From: Occultella glacieicola
GTDB lineage: Bacteria > Actinomycetota > Actinomycetes > Actinomycetales > Beutenbergiaceae
Assembly (NCBI RefSeq): GCF_004353825.1
Contig: NZ_SMNA01000003.1
Span: 248,001 to 312,000, forward strand
Reading direction: 5' to 3'
Length of the DNA: 64,000 nt
Every line of letters begins with the position of its first letter. Position 1 is the stretch's first letter. The notes beneath the pieces are model-generated. The model had not been told where the DNA came from and made no database searches. It saw nothing but the letters and a program-made list of their open reading frames with translations. The translations under genes and the position numbers were made by a program. Shown here in pieces: positions 50,446-60,159 of the stretch.

Positions 50446-52668
50446 ATGTTGTTCACCGAGACCGACCCACCCAGTACCGCGACGCCCCGGCTGACCGGCG
50501 TCGAACGGGCCGTCGGGAGCGCACGGCACCAGGACACCTACGGCACCCGTCTCGTGCCCGGCGGGGTCGACACCGTGGTGCACGCGCCGCACGCGACCGC
50601 CGTCGAGTTCTGCCTGCTCGACGGCGAGGGCGAGCAGGCCACCGAGCGCCGGTTCCGGCTCCTGGTGGGCGAGCACGGCCGCTGGCACGGCCACATCCCC
50701 GGGGTCGGCCCGGGCCAGCGGTACGGGCTGCGCGTGCACGGACCCTGGGACCCGGCGCACGGCCACTTCCACAACCCGCACAAGCTGCTCGCGGACCCCT
50801 ACGCCCGGGCGATCGTGGGCTCGCTCGACCTGGTCCCGGCCGTCTACGGGCACGTCGTCGACGACCGCCTCCGCCCGGTCCCCGGCCAGGACGGGCGGGA
50901 CGAGCGGGACAGTGCGCCGCACGTTCCCCACGGCGTGATCGTCGACGACCACTTCGACGACGAGCCCGTGCAGCACCCGGACACCCCGTGGGGCCGCACC
51001 GTGATCTACGAGGCGCACGTGCGCGGACTGACCCAGCGGCTGCCCGGGGTGCCCGAGCACCTGCGCGGCACGTACGCCGGCCTGGCCCACCCCACGACGG
51101 TGGCGCACCTGCGTGACCTGGGCGTCACCGCCGTCGAACTTCTGCCGATCCACGCGAAGGTGACCGAGCCGGCCCTCACCGAGCGCGGCGTCGTCAACTA
51201 CTGGGGCTACAACACGCTCGGCTACTTCGCGCCGGAACCGGCCTACGCCACCCAGGCGTCCCAGGCAGCTGGCCCGGCCGCGGTGCTCGCCGAGGTCAAG
51301 GGCATGGTCAAGCTCCTGCACGAGGCCGGTATCGAGGTCATCCTCGACGTGGTCTACAACCACACCTGCGAGGGCGGCACCGACGGGCCGCTGCTGTCCT
51401 GGCGGGGGCTGGACAACGTCGGGTACTACCTGCACGACGGCGCCGGGCACAGTCGCTACCTCGACGTCACCGGGTGCGGCAACTCGCTGGACTTCCGCAA
51501 CCAGCACGTGGTCCGGATGACCCTCGACTCGCTGCGGTACTGGGCGGCGGAGGTGGGCGTCGACGGGTTCCGGTTCGACCTCGCCGTCACCATGGGCCGC
51601 AAGGGCACCACGTTCCTGCCCGACCACCCGTTCCTGGTCGCGCTGGCCTGCGACCCGGTCCTCGGCGGGCGCAAGCTGATCGCCGAGCCGTGGGACCTGG
51701 GTCCGGGCGGCTGGCGCACCGGACAGTTCACGGCACCGGTCGCGGAGTGGAACGACCGCTACCGCGACGTGCTGCGGACGTTCTGGATCTCCGACGCCGC
51801 GGCCACCGTGAACGGCGGACACGGCCACGACCTGAGGGACCTGGCCACCCGGCTCGCGGGCTCGGCGGACATGTTCGCGCAGTCCCCCGTCCCGGGCGGA
51901 CGGGGGCCGATCGCCAGCCTCAACTTCGTCACCGCCCACGACGGTTTCACGCTGCGTGATCTGGTCTCCTACGACCACAAGCACAACGAGCTCAACGGTG
52001 AGGACAACCGGGACGGGACGGACAACAACCGGTCCTGGAACCACGGCGTCGAGGGTGAGACGGACGAGGCCGAGATCCTCGCGCACCGTCGGCGCACCAT
52101 GCGCAACATCCTCGGCACGATGATGGTCTCGGCCGGTGTCCCGATGATCACCGCCGGGGATGAGTTCGGGCGCACCCAGCACGGCAACAACAACGCCTAC
52201 TGCCACGACGACGAGTCCGTCTGGGTGGACTGGGACCTGGCCGACTGGCAGCACGAGCTGCGGGCCACCACCGCGCACCTGCTCACCCTGCGCCGGCAGA
52301 ACCGGGTGCTGCGGCCGGCCCGGTTCCGGCCGTTCGACCCACGCTCGTTCCGGTCCCGGCCCGCGCTGGCCTGGTTCGACGAGCACGGCGCCACCATGTC
52401 GCTGGAGCGCTGGCACGACGTGAACCGGCGGGTCCTGCAGATGTTCCGCGGCGGCGAGCGAGCCGACGAACGGGACGCGTTGATCGTGATCAACGGCGCG
52501 GCGAACCCCGTGCCCGTGACCCTCTCCAGCGACGGCCCGGAGTTCTACGAACTGGTCTGGGACTCGGCCTGGGAGCACCCGGACGAGCGGCCCGGCTCGG
52601 CGACCGTGCCCGCCGGGACCACGCTCGAGGTCCCGGAGTTGAGCATGCGGATCTACCTGCAGGCGTAG
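50446..52668 (+). CDS. glgX: Glycogen debranching enzyme
   Basis: 'IYEAHVRG', 'NYWGYN', 'DVVYNH', 'DGFRFDLA', 'AEPWD', 'TAHDGFTL'. Confidence 0.95.
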   Translation: MLFTETDPPSTATPRLTGVERAVGSARHQDTYGTRLVPGGVDTVVHAPHATAVEFCLLDGEGEQATERRFRLLVGEHGRWHGHIPGVGPGQRYGLRVHGPWDPAHGHFHNPHKLLADPYARAIVGSLDLVPAVYGHVVDDRLRPVPGQDGRDERDSAPHVPHGVIVDDHFDDEPVQHPDTPWGRTVIYEAHVRGLTQRLPGVPEHLRGTYAGLAHPTTVAHLRDLGVTAVELLPIHAKVTEPALTERGVVNYWGYNTLGYFAPEPAYATQASQAAGPAAVLAEVKGMVKLLHEAGIEVILDVVYNHTCEGGTDGPLLSWRGLDNVGYYLHDGAGHSRYLDVTGCGNSLDFRNQHVVRMTLDSLRYWAAEVGVDGFRFDLAVTMGRKGTTFLPDHPFLVALACDPVLGGRKLIAEPWDLGPGGWRTGQFTAPVAEWNDRYRDVLRTFWISDAAATVNGGHGHDLRDLATRLAGSADMFAQSPVPGGRGPIASLNFVTAHDGFTLRDLVSYDHKHNELNGEDNRDGTDNNRSWNHGVEGETDEAEILAHRRRTMRNILGTMMVSAGVPMITAGDEFGRTQHGNNNAYCHDDESVWVDWDLADWQHELRATTAHLLTLRRQNRVLRPARFRPFDPRSFRSRPALAWFDEHGATMSLERWHDVNRRVLQMFRGGERADERDALIVINGAANPVPVTLSSDGPEFYELVWDSAWEHPDERPGSATVPAGTTLEVPELSMRIYLQA

Positions 52669-52672
52669 CCGC

Positions 52673-52776
52673 TGCGTCACTGACCCGCCTCCCGGGTCAC
52701 CGACGCGGGGGCCGCGAAACACCAGGCGACACCCACCGTTGCGTCACTGACCCGCCTACCGGGTCAGTGACGCAAC
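52673..52776. repeat. Two tandem REP-like hairpin repeats (67-bp period)
   Basis: TGCGTCACTGACCCG-cctcc-CGGGTCACCGACGC and the perfect 17-bp IR GTTGCGTCACTGACCCG-cctac-CGGGTCAGTGACGCAAC (52738-52776). Confidence 0.8.
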
Positions 52777-52858
52777 CACCGGCGAACCGGCCGCCTGCGC
52801 GGCGGCGAGCCGACGCCGTCGGGCATCGTGCCCCCACCGCCTGACTAGGCTTGGCGGC

Positions 52859-54514
52859 ATGACCGACACGGACGTCATCGTCATCGGCGCGGGCCTGTCC
52901 GGCCTCGTCACCGCCACTCGCCTGACCGCACGGGGCCGGCGCGTCATCGTCCTGGACTCCGAGCCCGCCGCGTCCCTCGGTGGGCAGGCGTTCTGGTCGT
53001 TCGGTGGCCTGCTTCTGGTGGACTCCCCGGAACAGCGACGCCTGGGCGTGCGCGACAGCGCGGACCTGGCGTTCTCGGACTGGCTCGGGTCCGCGAACTT
53101 CGCCGCCGGGGCCGAACGGGGCCAGGGGCCGGACGCGCAGGGCTACGCCTGGGCGCAGCGGTACGTGGAGTTCGCCTCCGGACCGATGCGCTCGTGGCTG
53201 CACGATCAGGGGGTGCGGTGGTTCCCGCTGGTGCAGTGGGCCGAGCGCGGCGGATACCCCGCCGGCGGGCACGGCAACACGGTGCCCCGGTTCCACGTCA
53301 CCTGGGGCACCGGCCCCGGAGTGCTCGCCCCGTTCCTGCGGGCCGCTCGGGCGGCCCGGGAGGAAGGGCTGCTCGAGATCCGGTTCCGGCACCGGGTCGC
53401 CGGACTGATCACGACCGACGGCGCGGTCACCGGGGTCCGTGTCGAGGTGCTCGAGCCCTCGGCGGTCGGGCGTGGCGAGCCGAGTTCCCGCACGGTCACG
53501 AGCGAGGTGGACCTCACCGCCGACGCCGTGGTGGTCGCCAGCGGCGGCATCGGGGCCAATCACGACCTGGTCCGGGCCGCGTGGCCTGCGTCGGCCGGCA
53601 GGTTGCCGGGCGGGATGCTCTCAGGCGTGCCGGACGCCACCGACGGGCTGATGCTCGCGGCCGCGGAGGACTCCGGTGCTGCCGTTGTCCATGCGGACCG
53701 GATGTGGCACTACCCGGAGGGGCTGCCGATGCACACCCCGGTGTGGAGCCGGCACGGCATCCGGATCCTGCCCGGGCCGAGCTCGCTGTGGCTGGACGCC
53801 GACGGCGACCGGCTGCCCGCGCCGCTGTTCCCTGGTTTCGACGCGCTCGGCGCGCTGCGGCACATCACCGGGCGCGGGGACTCGCACTCCTGGTTCGTGC
53901 TGAACAAGGCGATCATGGAGACCGAGTTCGCCCTGTCCGGCTCCGACCAGAACCCGGACCTGACCGGCAAGGACGTGAGGCTGCTCGCCCAGCGGGTGCT
54001 GCCGGGCGCCGTCGGGCCGGTCGCCGCCTTCGCCGAACATTCCCCCGAGTTCGTCTGGGCGCACACCCCGGCCGAGCTGGCCGCAGGCATGAACGCGCTC
54101 ACCGGCTCCGAACGTATCGACGCCGACGCCCTGGCCCGGCTCATCGAACTGCGGGACGCGCAGGTGGGCAGCGGGCTCGGCAAGGACCCGCAGCTGATGG
54201 CGATCAACCACGCTCGCGGCTACGTCGTGGACAGGCGCATGCGGGTCAGCCCGCCGCGGCCGCTCACCACACCCAAGGACGGGCCGCTGCTCGCTGTGCG
54301 GCTGTCGGTGCTCACCCGCAAGACGCTCGGCGGGCTTCACACGGACACCGAGGCCCGGGTGCTGCGACCCGACGGGCAGGTGCTGGCCGGGCTGTTCGCG
54401 GTCGGGGAGGCGGCCGGGTTCGGTGGCGGCGGCGTGCACGGTGAGCGGGCCCTGGAGGGCACCTTCCTGGGCGGCTGCCTGTACTCCGGCTGGGTGGCCG
54501 GCGGCGCGATCTGA
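52859..54514 (+). CDS. FAD-binding dehydrogenase (KsdD-like family)
   Basis: 'GAGLSGL', 'GGQAFWSFGG', 'HGNTVPRFHVTWGTG', 'TRKTLGG', 'LEGTFLGGC'. Confidence 0.88.
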   Translation: MTDTDVIVIGAGLSGLVTATRLTARGRRVIVLDSEPAASLGGQAFWSFGGLLLVDSPEQRRLGVRDSADLAFSDWLGSANFAAGAERGQGPDAQGYAWAQRYVEFASGPMRSWLHDQGVRWFPLVQWAERGGYPAGGHGNTVPRFHVTWGTGPGVLAPFLRAARAAREEGLLEIRFRHRVAGLITTDGAVTGVRVEVLEPSAVGRGEPSSRTVTSEVDLTADAVVVASGGIGANHDLVRAAWPASAGRLPGGMLSGVPDATDGLMLAAAEDSGAAVVHADRMWHYPEGLPMHTPVWSRHGIRILPGPSSLWLDADGDRLPAPLFPGFDALGALRHITGRGDSHSWFVLNKAIMETEFALSGSDQNPDLTGKDVRLLAQRVLPGAVGPVAAFAEHSPEFVWAHTPAELAAGMNALTGSERIDADALARLIELRDAQVGSGLGKDPQLMAINHARGYVVDRRMRVSPPRPLTTPKDGPLLAVRLSVLTRKTLGGLHTDTEARVLRPDGQVLAGLFAVGEAAGFGGGGVHGERALEGTFLGGCLYSGWVAGGAI

Positions 54515-54533
54515 CCCGCGTCGCGGGACGGGC

Positions 54534-55175
54534 TCAGATTCCGAGCACCGGGAGGCATTCCTCGACACCAGTGAGCTGGATGTCCCCGCGCCGGTTCGAC
54601 TCCCAGCGTTGCCTGGTCAGGGCCCAACGCTGCAGGGCCGCCGCCTGGCCACGCCTGGTCGCCCGGTCCGTGCCGTTCCGCTGGTAACCGAGCGACCGGG
54701 AGACCGCGTTCGACGCGCCGTTGTCGGTGAACGCGTCGCTGGTCGCCTCCGCGGCGCCGAGCCCCACGAACGCCAGCTGCAGCACGGCGGCCCGCATCTC
54801 GCGGCCCAGACCTCGACCTCGGGCGGACGGCTTCAACCAGGAGAACGTGGTGACCGACCCGTAGGTCGCGAAGTTGACCCCGATGAGGTCCTGCATGCCG
54901 ATCGCCTCGCCATCGACCATCACCACGAAGTAGAGGCGCCAGAAGTCCGGGGCCACGTGGGCGCGGCCCGCCCAGATGCCCCGTAACCAGCGCCACTCGC
55001 GATCCGGAGCGTCGGCATACAGCGACATCGGATCATCGAACGGCGACTCGTCCGCCGCCACCACCCCCTCGCGTACGGCAGGCAGGAGCCGATCGAGCAG
55101 GTCGTCGGTGGCGCCCAGCAGGGCAAGCCGGGGGGTGCTGACACGAACGTTGAGCGGGGGGTACGGGCTGGCCAC
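54534..55175 (-). CDS. GNAT N-acyltransferase (RimJ/RimL-like)
   Basis: 'GRGLGREMRAAVLQLAF', 'DNGASNAVSRSLGY'. Confidence 0.85.
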   Translation of the reverse strand: MASPYPPLNVRVSTPRLALLGATDDLLDRLLPAVREGVVAADESPFDDPMSLYADAPDREWRWLRGIWAGRAHVAPDFWRLYFVVMVDGEAIGMQDLIGVNFATYGSVTTFSWLKPSARGRGLGREMRAAVLQLAFVGLGAAEATSDAFTDNGASNAVSRSLGYQRNGTDRATRRGQAAALQRWALTRQRWESNRRGDIQLTGVEECLPVLGI

Positions 55176-55284
55176 GGGCGCGACGCTATGCCAGACCGAA
55201 CGGCCGCACACCTCAATATCGGCGAGAGCCGGCCCGGATCTCGCCGGGCCGCCCGGGCACCGCCGTCGGCATTAGGGTATGCGG

Positions 55285-56412
55285 GTGACTTCCGCCGCCC
55301 TGCCCACCGACGCCACCGCCACCGACGACGCCGAACTCAGCACCACCGAGACGATGGACCGGTCGCTGCTGTCCGCGATCGCCAAGAGCGGTGAGATCGA
55401 GGCGGCACTGGCTACCGACGCGAGCCGGTTCCGGGTGCTCACCGGGGACCGGCCGACCGGCCGCCTGCACCTGGGGCACTACCTCGGCACGCTGGCGAAC
55501 CGGGTCCGGCTCCAGGATCTCGGCGTACAGACGATGCTGCTGGTCGCCGACTACCAGGTGATCACCGACCGGGACGACGCCGGGCCGATCGCCGAGCGCA
55601 CCCGCGAACTCCTCACGGACTACCTCGCCGCGGGGATCGACCCGATGCGGACCACGATCTTCGCGCACTCCGCGGTGCCGGCCCTCAACCAGCTGATGCT
55701 GCCGTTCCTGTCCCTGGTCACCGACTCGGAGCTGCGTCGCAACCCGACCGTGAAGGCCGAGAACGAGGCCACCGGCGGCCGCCCGATGAGCGGGCTGCTG
55801 CTCACCTACCCGGTGCACCAGGCCGCGGACATCCTGTTCTGCAAGGCGAACCTGGTGCCGGTCGGCAAGGACCAGTTGCCGCACCTGGAGCTGACCCGGG
55901 TGGTCGCCCGCCGGTTCAATGAGCGCTACGCGGGCGGCCGCACGGTGTTCCCGTCCCCGGACGCCCTGCTCAGCGACGCGGTGAACGTGCTCGGCGTGGA
56001 CGGGCAGAAGATGTCCAAGTCCAGGGGTAACACCATCGAGCTGGCGATGACCGAGGACGAGACCGCCAAGCAGCTCAAGCGCGCCGTCACCGACTCCGAC
56101 CGGAACATCACCTTCGACCCGGTCGGCCGTCCCGAGGTCGCGAACCTGCTCACGATCGCCTCCCTGCTCGGCGCCGGCAGCCCGGAGGACCTCGCCGCCA
56201 GGATCGGCGACGGTGGCGGCGGCGGCCTGAAGAAGCTCGTCACCGAGGTGATCAACGAGCACCTGCGCCCGATCCGGGCCCGCCGCCGCGAGTTGGAGGC
56301 GGACCCGGGCTACCTGGCAGGAGTCCTCGCCGAGGGCAACGCCCGCGCCAACGAGATCGCCGACGCGACCCTCGCCGAGGTCCGCGAGACCATGGGCATG
56401 ACCTACCGCTGA
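55285..56412 (+). CDS. trpS: Tryptophan--tRNA ligase
   Basis: 'TGDRPTG', HLGH, 'VPVGKDQLPH', KMSKS; start GTG 55285 (or ATG 55279). Confidence 0.95.
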   Translation: MTSAALPTDATATDDAELSTTETMDRSLLSAIAKSGEIEAALATDASRFRVLTGDRPTGRLHLGHYLGTLANRVRLQDLGVQTMLLVADYQVITDRDDAGPIAERTRELLTDYLAAGIDPMRTTIFAHSAVPALNQLMLPFLSLVTDSELRRNPTVKAENEATGGRPMSGLLLTYPVHQAADILFCKANLVPVGKDQLPHLELTRVVARRFNERYAGGRTVFPSPDALLSDAVNVLGVDGQKMSKSRGNTIELAMTEDETAKQLKRAVTDSDRNITFDPVGRPEVANLLTIASLLGAGSPEDLAARIGDGGGGGLKKLVTEVINEHLRPIRARRRELEADPGYLAGVLAEGNARANEIADATLAEVRETMGMTYR

Positions 56413-56449
56413 GCCGGTCCGCCGGACCTCTCGTCCTGCCTGCGCGTGG

Positions 56450-57336
56450 CGTCGCACGGCCCTGGTCCGTCATGGCGTCTGGCGCCGGGTGGTGCGCTCC
56501 GTCTACGACTGCCGACTCCCGGTCGACGATGGCGAGGCACGCAATCTTCGCCGGCGCCGGTCGGCCTGGATCGCCATCCTCGCGGCAGGACCGGACGCGG
56601 TCGCCACCGGAATGTGTGTGCCCTCGTGCTCCACGGTGTCTGGGGACTACCCCAGGTGATCGCGCCGGAGGCGATGCTTCCCGGCATTCGCGCGAACCGG
56701 GGACCTTCCGGAGTCCGGATCCGCCGGGGACCACGGACCGGTCGGATCACGGTCGTCGACGGCGCCCGGGCGGTCGGCGTGCGCACCGCCCTCGTCCAGG
56801 CCCTGCCGGAGTTGGATCGCAACACCGCGGTCGCGGTCCTGGACTCAGCGCTGAACCGGAAACTCATCGACGCGGACGGGCTCGCGTCGATCCGTGCACG
56901 GCTGCGCGGACGCCGCGGCGCAAGCAGGCCAGAGGCCTGGTGGGCGCTCGTGGATGGACGCGCCGAGTCTCCGCTCGAGACTCACGCGCGGCTCGACTGC
57001 CACGACAACGGATTGCCGCCGGATGAACTCCAACTCGAGGTCCGGGCGGAGGATGGACGGTTCCTCGGCCGGGGCGACCTGGCCTGGCGGGGACCGGACG
57101 GGACCTGGGTGATCGCCGAGGTCGATGGCGTAGACAGCCACTCCGAGGCACCTGCGCTGTACCGCGACCGTGACCGTCAGAACGACCTCGTGATCAATTC
57201 CGATGTGACGCTGCTCCGCTTCGCCGCCCGCGACGTCTACCGGTCCGGGGTCATCCCGGCCAGGATCCGCGCGGCGATGTCGGCGCTGCGGTCGAACGTG
57301 CGGTCCCGCGGCGCAAGCGCCAGATCCGCCGCCTAA
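56450..57336 (+). pseudogene. Frameshifted, 5'-truncated AbiEi-like / DUF559 (Vsr-like endonuclease) gene
   Basis: One frame gives 'LVRHGVWRRVVRSVYD..SAWIAILAAGPDAVATGMC', and the next gives 'ALVLHGV..LDSAL..AESPLET..R..GRGDLAW..AEVDG..H..DRDRQN'; they are joined by +2 at a (TG)4 tract at 56613-56620. Confidence 0.75.
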
Positions 57337-57343
57337 CCGCACG

Positions 57344-57424
57344 CACGTCGACGTTGGCTCGGGATGAGAGTGTCCTTGTGCGGTCCAACGGAACTGTGGG
57401 CCGCACAAGGACACGTTCGACGTG
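57344..57424. repeat. Nested palindrome between the nuclease remnant and glgP (bidirectional terminator or REP-like)
   Basis: GTGTCCTTGTGCGG...CCGCACAAGGACAC (57370-57414) inside CACGTCGA/TCGACGTG. Confidence 0.7.
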
Positions 57425-57446
57425 ATGCCGTTCCCCGCGAGGACCC

Positions 57447-60038
57447 TCAGGCAGAGGCGACCAGGGCGAGTTCGGTCGCGGCCGCCAGGTCGCGGTGCTT
57501 GGGCACGATCCGGACGTTGTAACCGAACGGACCGGACTGGGCGAGGGTGAACGCACGGCTGAAGTGGTAGCGCCCGCCCTCGTAGGTGTCGGTCAGCTCC
57601 AACTTCGAGGTCCCGAACTCGTCGATCTCGTCATTGTCGGAGACCCGGCCGTAGTTCATCTGGACCTCGACGTCATCCGGGCTGAGCCGGCCGAGCGAGA
57701 CGAACGCCTTGATGGTGACGTGGTCGCCCACCTTGACCGCCTCGTGCAGCCCCTCGGACTCGACGTGGTCGACCCGCACGCTCGGCCAGGCGGCGTGCAC
57801 CTTGGCCTTCCAGTCCGCGAGCTCGATCGCACCCGTGTACCCGGGGCCGTCGACGTCCCGGAAGGACTGCGCCGTCGGGGTGTACAGCTCGGTGATGTAG
57901 TCACGCACCATGCGCGTGGCCTGGACCTTCGGGCCGAGGGTGGCCAGCGTGTGCCGGATGTTCTCCAGCCAGTGCACGGGCAGCCCGTCGGTGCGGTCGT
58001 AGAACCGCGGCGCCACGGTGTTCTCGAGCAAGTCGTACAGCGCCGCCGCCTCGAGGTCGTCCCGGTGCTCGGGGTCGTCGACGCCGTCCGCGGTCGGGAT
58101 CGCCCAACCGTTCTGGCCGTCGTACATCTCGTCCCACCAGCCGTCCAGCACGGACAGGTTCAGGGCGCCGTTCAGGGCCGCCTTCATGCCGGACGTGCCG
58201 CAGGCCTCGAGCGGGCGCAGCGGGTTGTTGAGCCACACGTCACAGCCCGGATAGAGGGTCTGGGCCATCTCGATGTCGTAGTTCGGCAGGAACACGATCC
58301 GGTGCCGGAGATCCTCGGAGTCGGCGAACTGGACCAGCTTCTGGATCAGTCGCACGCCCTGCTCGTCGGCGGGGTGGGACTTGCCGGCGACCAGGATCTG
58401 CACGGGCCGGTCCGGGTGAAGGAGGAGCCGGCGAAGCCTTTCGACGTCGCGCAGCATCAGGGTGAGCCGCTTGTAGGTGGGCACCCGGCGGGCGAACCCG
58501 ATCGTCAGGACGTCGGGGTCGAGCACGCCGTCCACCCAGCCGAGCTCGGCGGCGGAGGCGCCACGCTGGGTCCAGGACTTGCGCACCCGGCTGCGGGCGT
58601 TGTGGACCAGCCGCTCGCGCAGCTGGCGACGCAGCTCCCACAGGGTCGCGTTGTCGATGCCGCCGTCCTGCTTGTACCAGCCACTGCCCGACTCGATCTC
58701 GTCGGCGGTGAAGTACTCGGCCTGGGCGCCGGCGAACAGCGGGTCGATCCAGGTCGGGCTGTGCACACCGTTGGTGACCGACGTGATCGGTACCTCGCCG
58801 ACATCGAAACCCGGCCACAACTGGTGGAACATGGACCGCGACACCTTGCCGTGCAGTTTGGCCACGCCGTTGGCGCGCTTGGCCAGCCGCAGGCCCATCA
58901 CGGCCATGTTGAAGACGGTCGGGTCGCCGCCGTCGTAGTCCTCGCGGCCGAGCGCGAGCACGTCGGCGACGTCGATCCCGGGGATCGCGTTCCCGCCGCC
59001 GAAGTACTCGGCGATCAGGTCCGCGCCGAACCGGTCGATGCCGGCGGGCACCGGGGTATGCGTGGTGAACACGGTGCCGGCCCGGACCGCCTCGAGGGCA
59101 GCCGGGAATGCCAGCCCCTCCGCCTCGATCAGCTCGTGGACGCGTTCGATGCCGAGGAATCCGGCGTGGCCCTCGTTGCAGTGGTACACCTCGGGAGTGG
59201 GGGCGCCGGACAGCCGCGAGTGCACCCGCAGTGCCTTGACCCCGCCCATGCCGAGCAGCAGTTCCTGCTGCAGCCGGTGCTCGCTCGTGCCGCCGTACAG
59301 CCGGTCCGTGACCTTGCGGGCCGCGTCGTCGTTGTCGGGCACGTTCGAGTCGAGCAGGAGCAGCGGGACCCGGCCGACGTCCGCGCGCCACACCTGGGCG
59401 CGCAGGGTGCGCCCGCCGGGCAGCGGCAGGCTGACCCGCGACGGCGACCCGTCCTCCTCGCGCAGCAGCGTGAGCGGGAGGTTGTCCGGGTCGAGCACGG
59501 GGTAGGTCTCATGTTGCCAGCCGTCGCGGGTCAGCGACTGACGGAAGTAGCCGGCGCCGTAGAGGAGTCCCACGCCGACGATCGGCGCGGCGAGGTCGGA
59601 GGCGCTCTTGAGGTGATCGCCGGCCAGGATGCCAAGGCCGCCCGAGTACTGCGGCAACGCGGCGGCGATCCCGAACTCGGCCGAGAAGTAGGCGACCGCG
59701 GCCGGCAGGGCCGGCTCGCCGGCCTGCTCCCGACGGCGTCCCTCGGCCTGGTACCAGCGGTCCTCGCTCCGGTAGGTGTCCAGGTCCGCAGCGAGCGCAC
59801 GCACCCGCTCGACGAACGCCTCGTCGGCGGCGAGCTCGCCCAGCCGGGCCGACGAGAGGGACCCGAGGAGCCGGACCGGGTCGCCGTGGAAGCTCTCCCA
59901 CCGCTCCGGGTCGATCGAGCAGAACAGGTCGCGGGTCGGCGCATGCCACGCCCAGCGCAGGTTCAGGGCGAGCTCGTCGAGTGCGCCGAGCGCCTCGGGC
60001 AGGACGGTGCGAACGGTGAATCGTCGAATGGCTCTCAC
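57447..60038 (-). CDS. glgP: Alpha-glucan (glycogen) phosphorylase
   Basis: 'YSGGLGILAGDH', 'NEGH', 'FARRVPTYKR', 'EACGTSGMKA', 'DGWW'. Confidence 0.95.
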   Translation of the reverse strand: MRAIRRFTVRTVLPEALGALDELALNLRWAWHAPTRDLFCSIDPERWESFHGDPVRLLGSLSSARLGELAADEAFVERVRALAADLDTYRSEDRWYQAEGRRREQAGEPALPAAVAYFSAEFGIAAALPQYSGGLGILAGDHLKSASDLAAPIVGVGLLYGAGYFRQSLTRDGWQHETYPVLDPDNLPLTLLREEDGSPSRVSLPLPGGRTLRAQVWRADVGRVPLLLLDSNVPDNDDAARKVTDRLYGGTSEHRLQQELLLGMGGVKALRVHSRLSGAPTPEVYHCNEGHAGFLGIERVHELIEAEGLAFPAALEAVRAGTVFTTHTPVPAGIDRFGADLIAEYFGGGNAIPGIDVADVLALGREDYDGGDPTVFNMAVMGLRLAKRANGVAKLHGKVSRSMFHQLWPGFDVGEVPITSVTNGVHSPTWIDPLFAGAQAEYFTADEIESGSGWYKQDGGIDNATLWELRRQLRERLVHNARSRVRKSWTQRGASAAELGWVDGVLDPDVLTIGFARRVPTYKRLTLMLRDVERLRRLLLHPDRPVQILVAGKSHPADEQGVRLIQKLVQFADSEDLRHRIVFLPNYDIEMAQTLYPGCDVWLNNPLRPLEACGTSGMKAALNGALNLSVLDGWWDEMYDGQNGWAIPTADGVDDPEHRDDLEAAALYDLLENTVAPRFYDRTDGLPVHWLENIRHTLATLGPKVQATRMVRDYITELYTPTAQSFRDVDGPGYTGAIELADWKAKVHAAWPSVRVDHVESEGLHEAVKVGDHVTIKAFVSLGRLSPDDVEVQMNYGRVSDNDEIDEFGTSKLELTDTYEGGRYHFSRAFTLAQSGPFGYNVRIVPKHRDLAAATELALVASA

Positions 60039-60159
60039 ACGGCGAGCATAGGGGACCCGCGCAACGGATTGCGAACCTTGCAGTCGCGTTGCAACGTCCT
60101 CCCGGGCGAGTGGCCGAACTCCACGTGTGCACCCGCCGCGCTCTGGGTAGGTTCGACCT

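Noticed and set aside
50290..52722. 810-aa minus-strand ORF
   Set aside because: Antisense shadow of glgX
52673..52776. CRISPR array
   Set aside because: Only two palindromic units, and no cas genes
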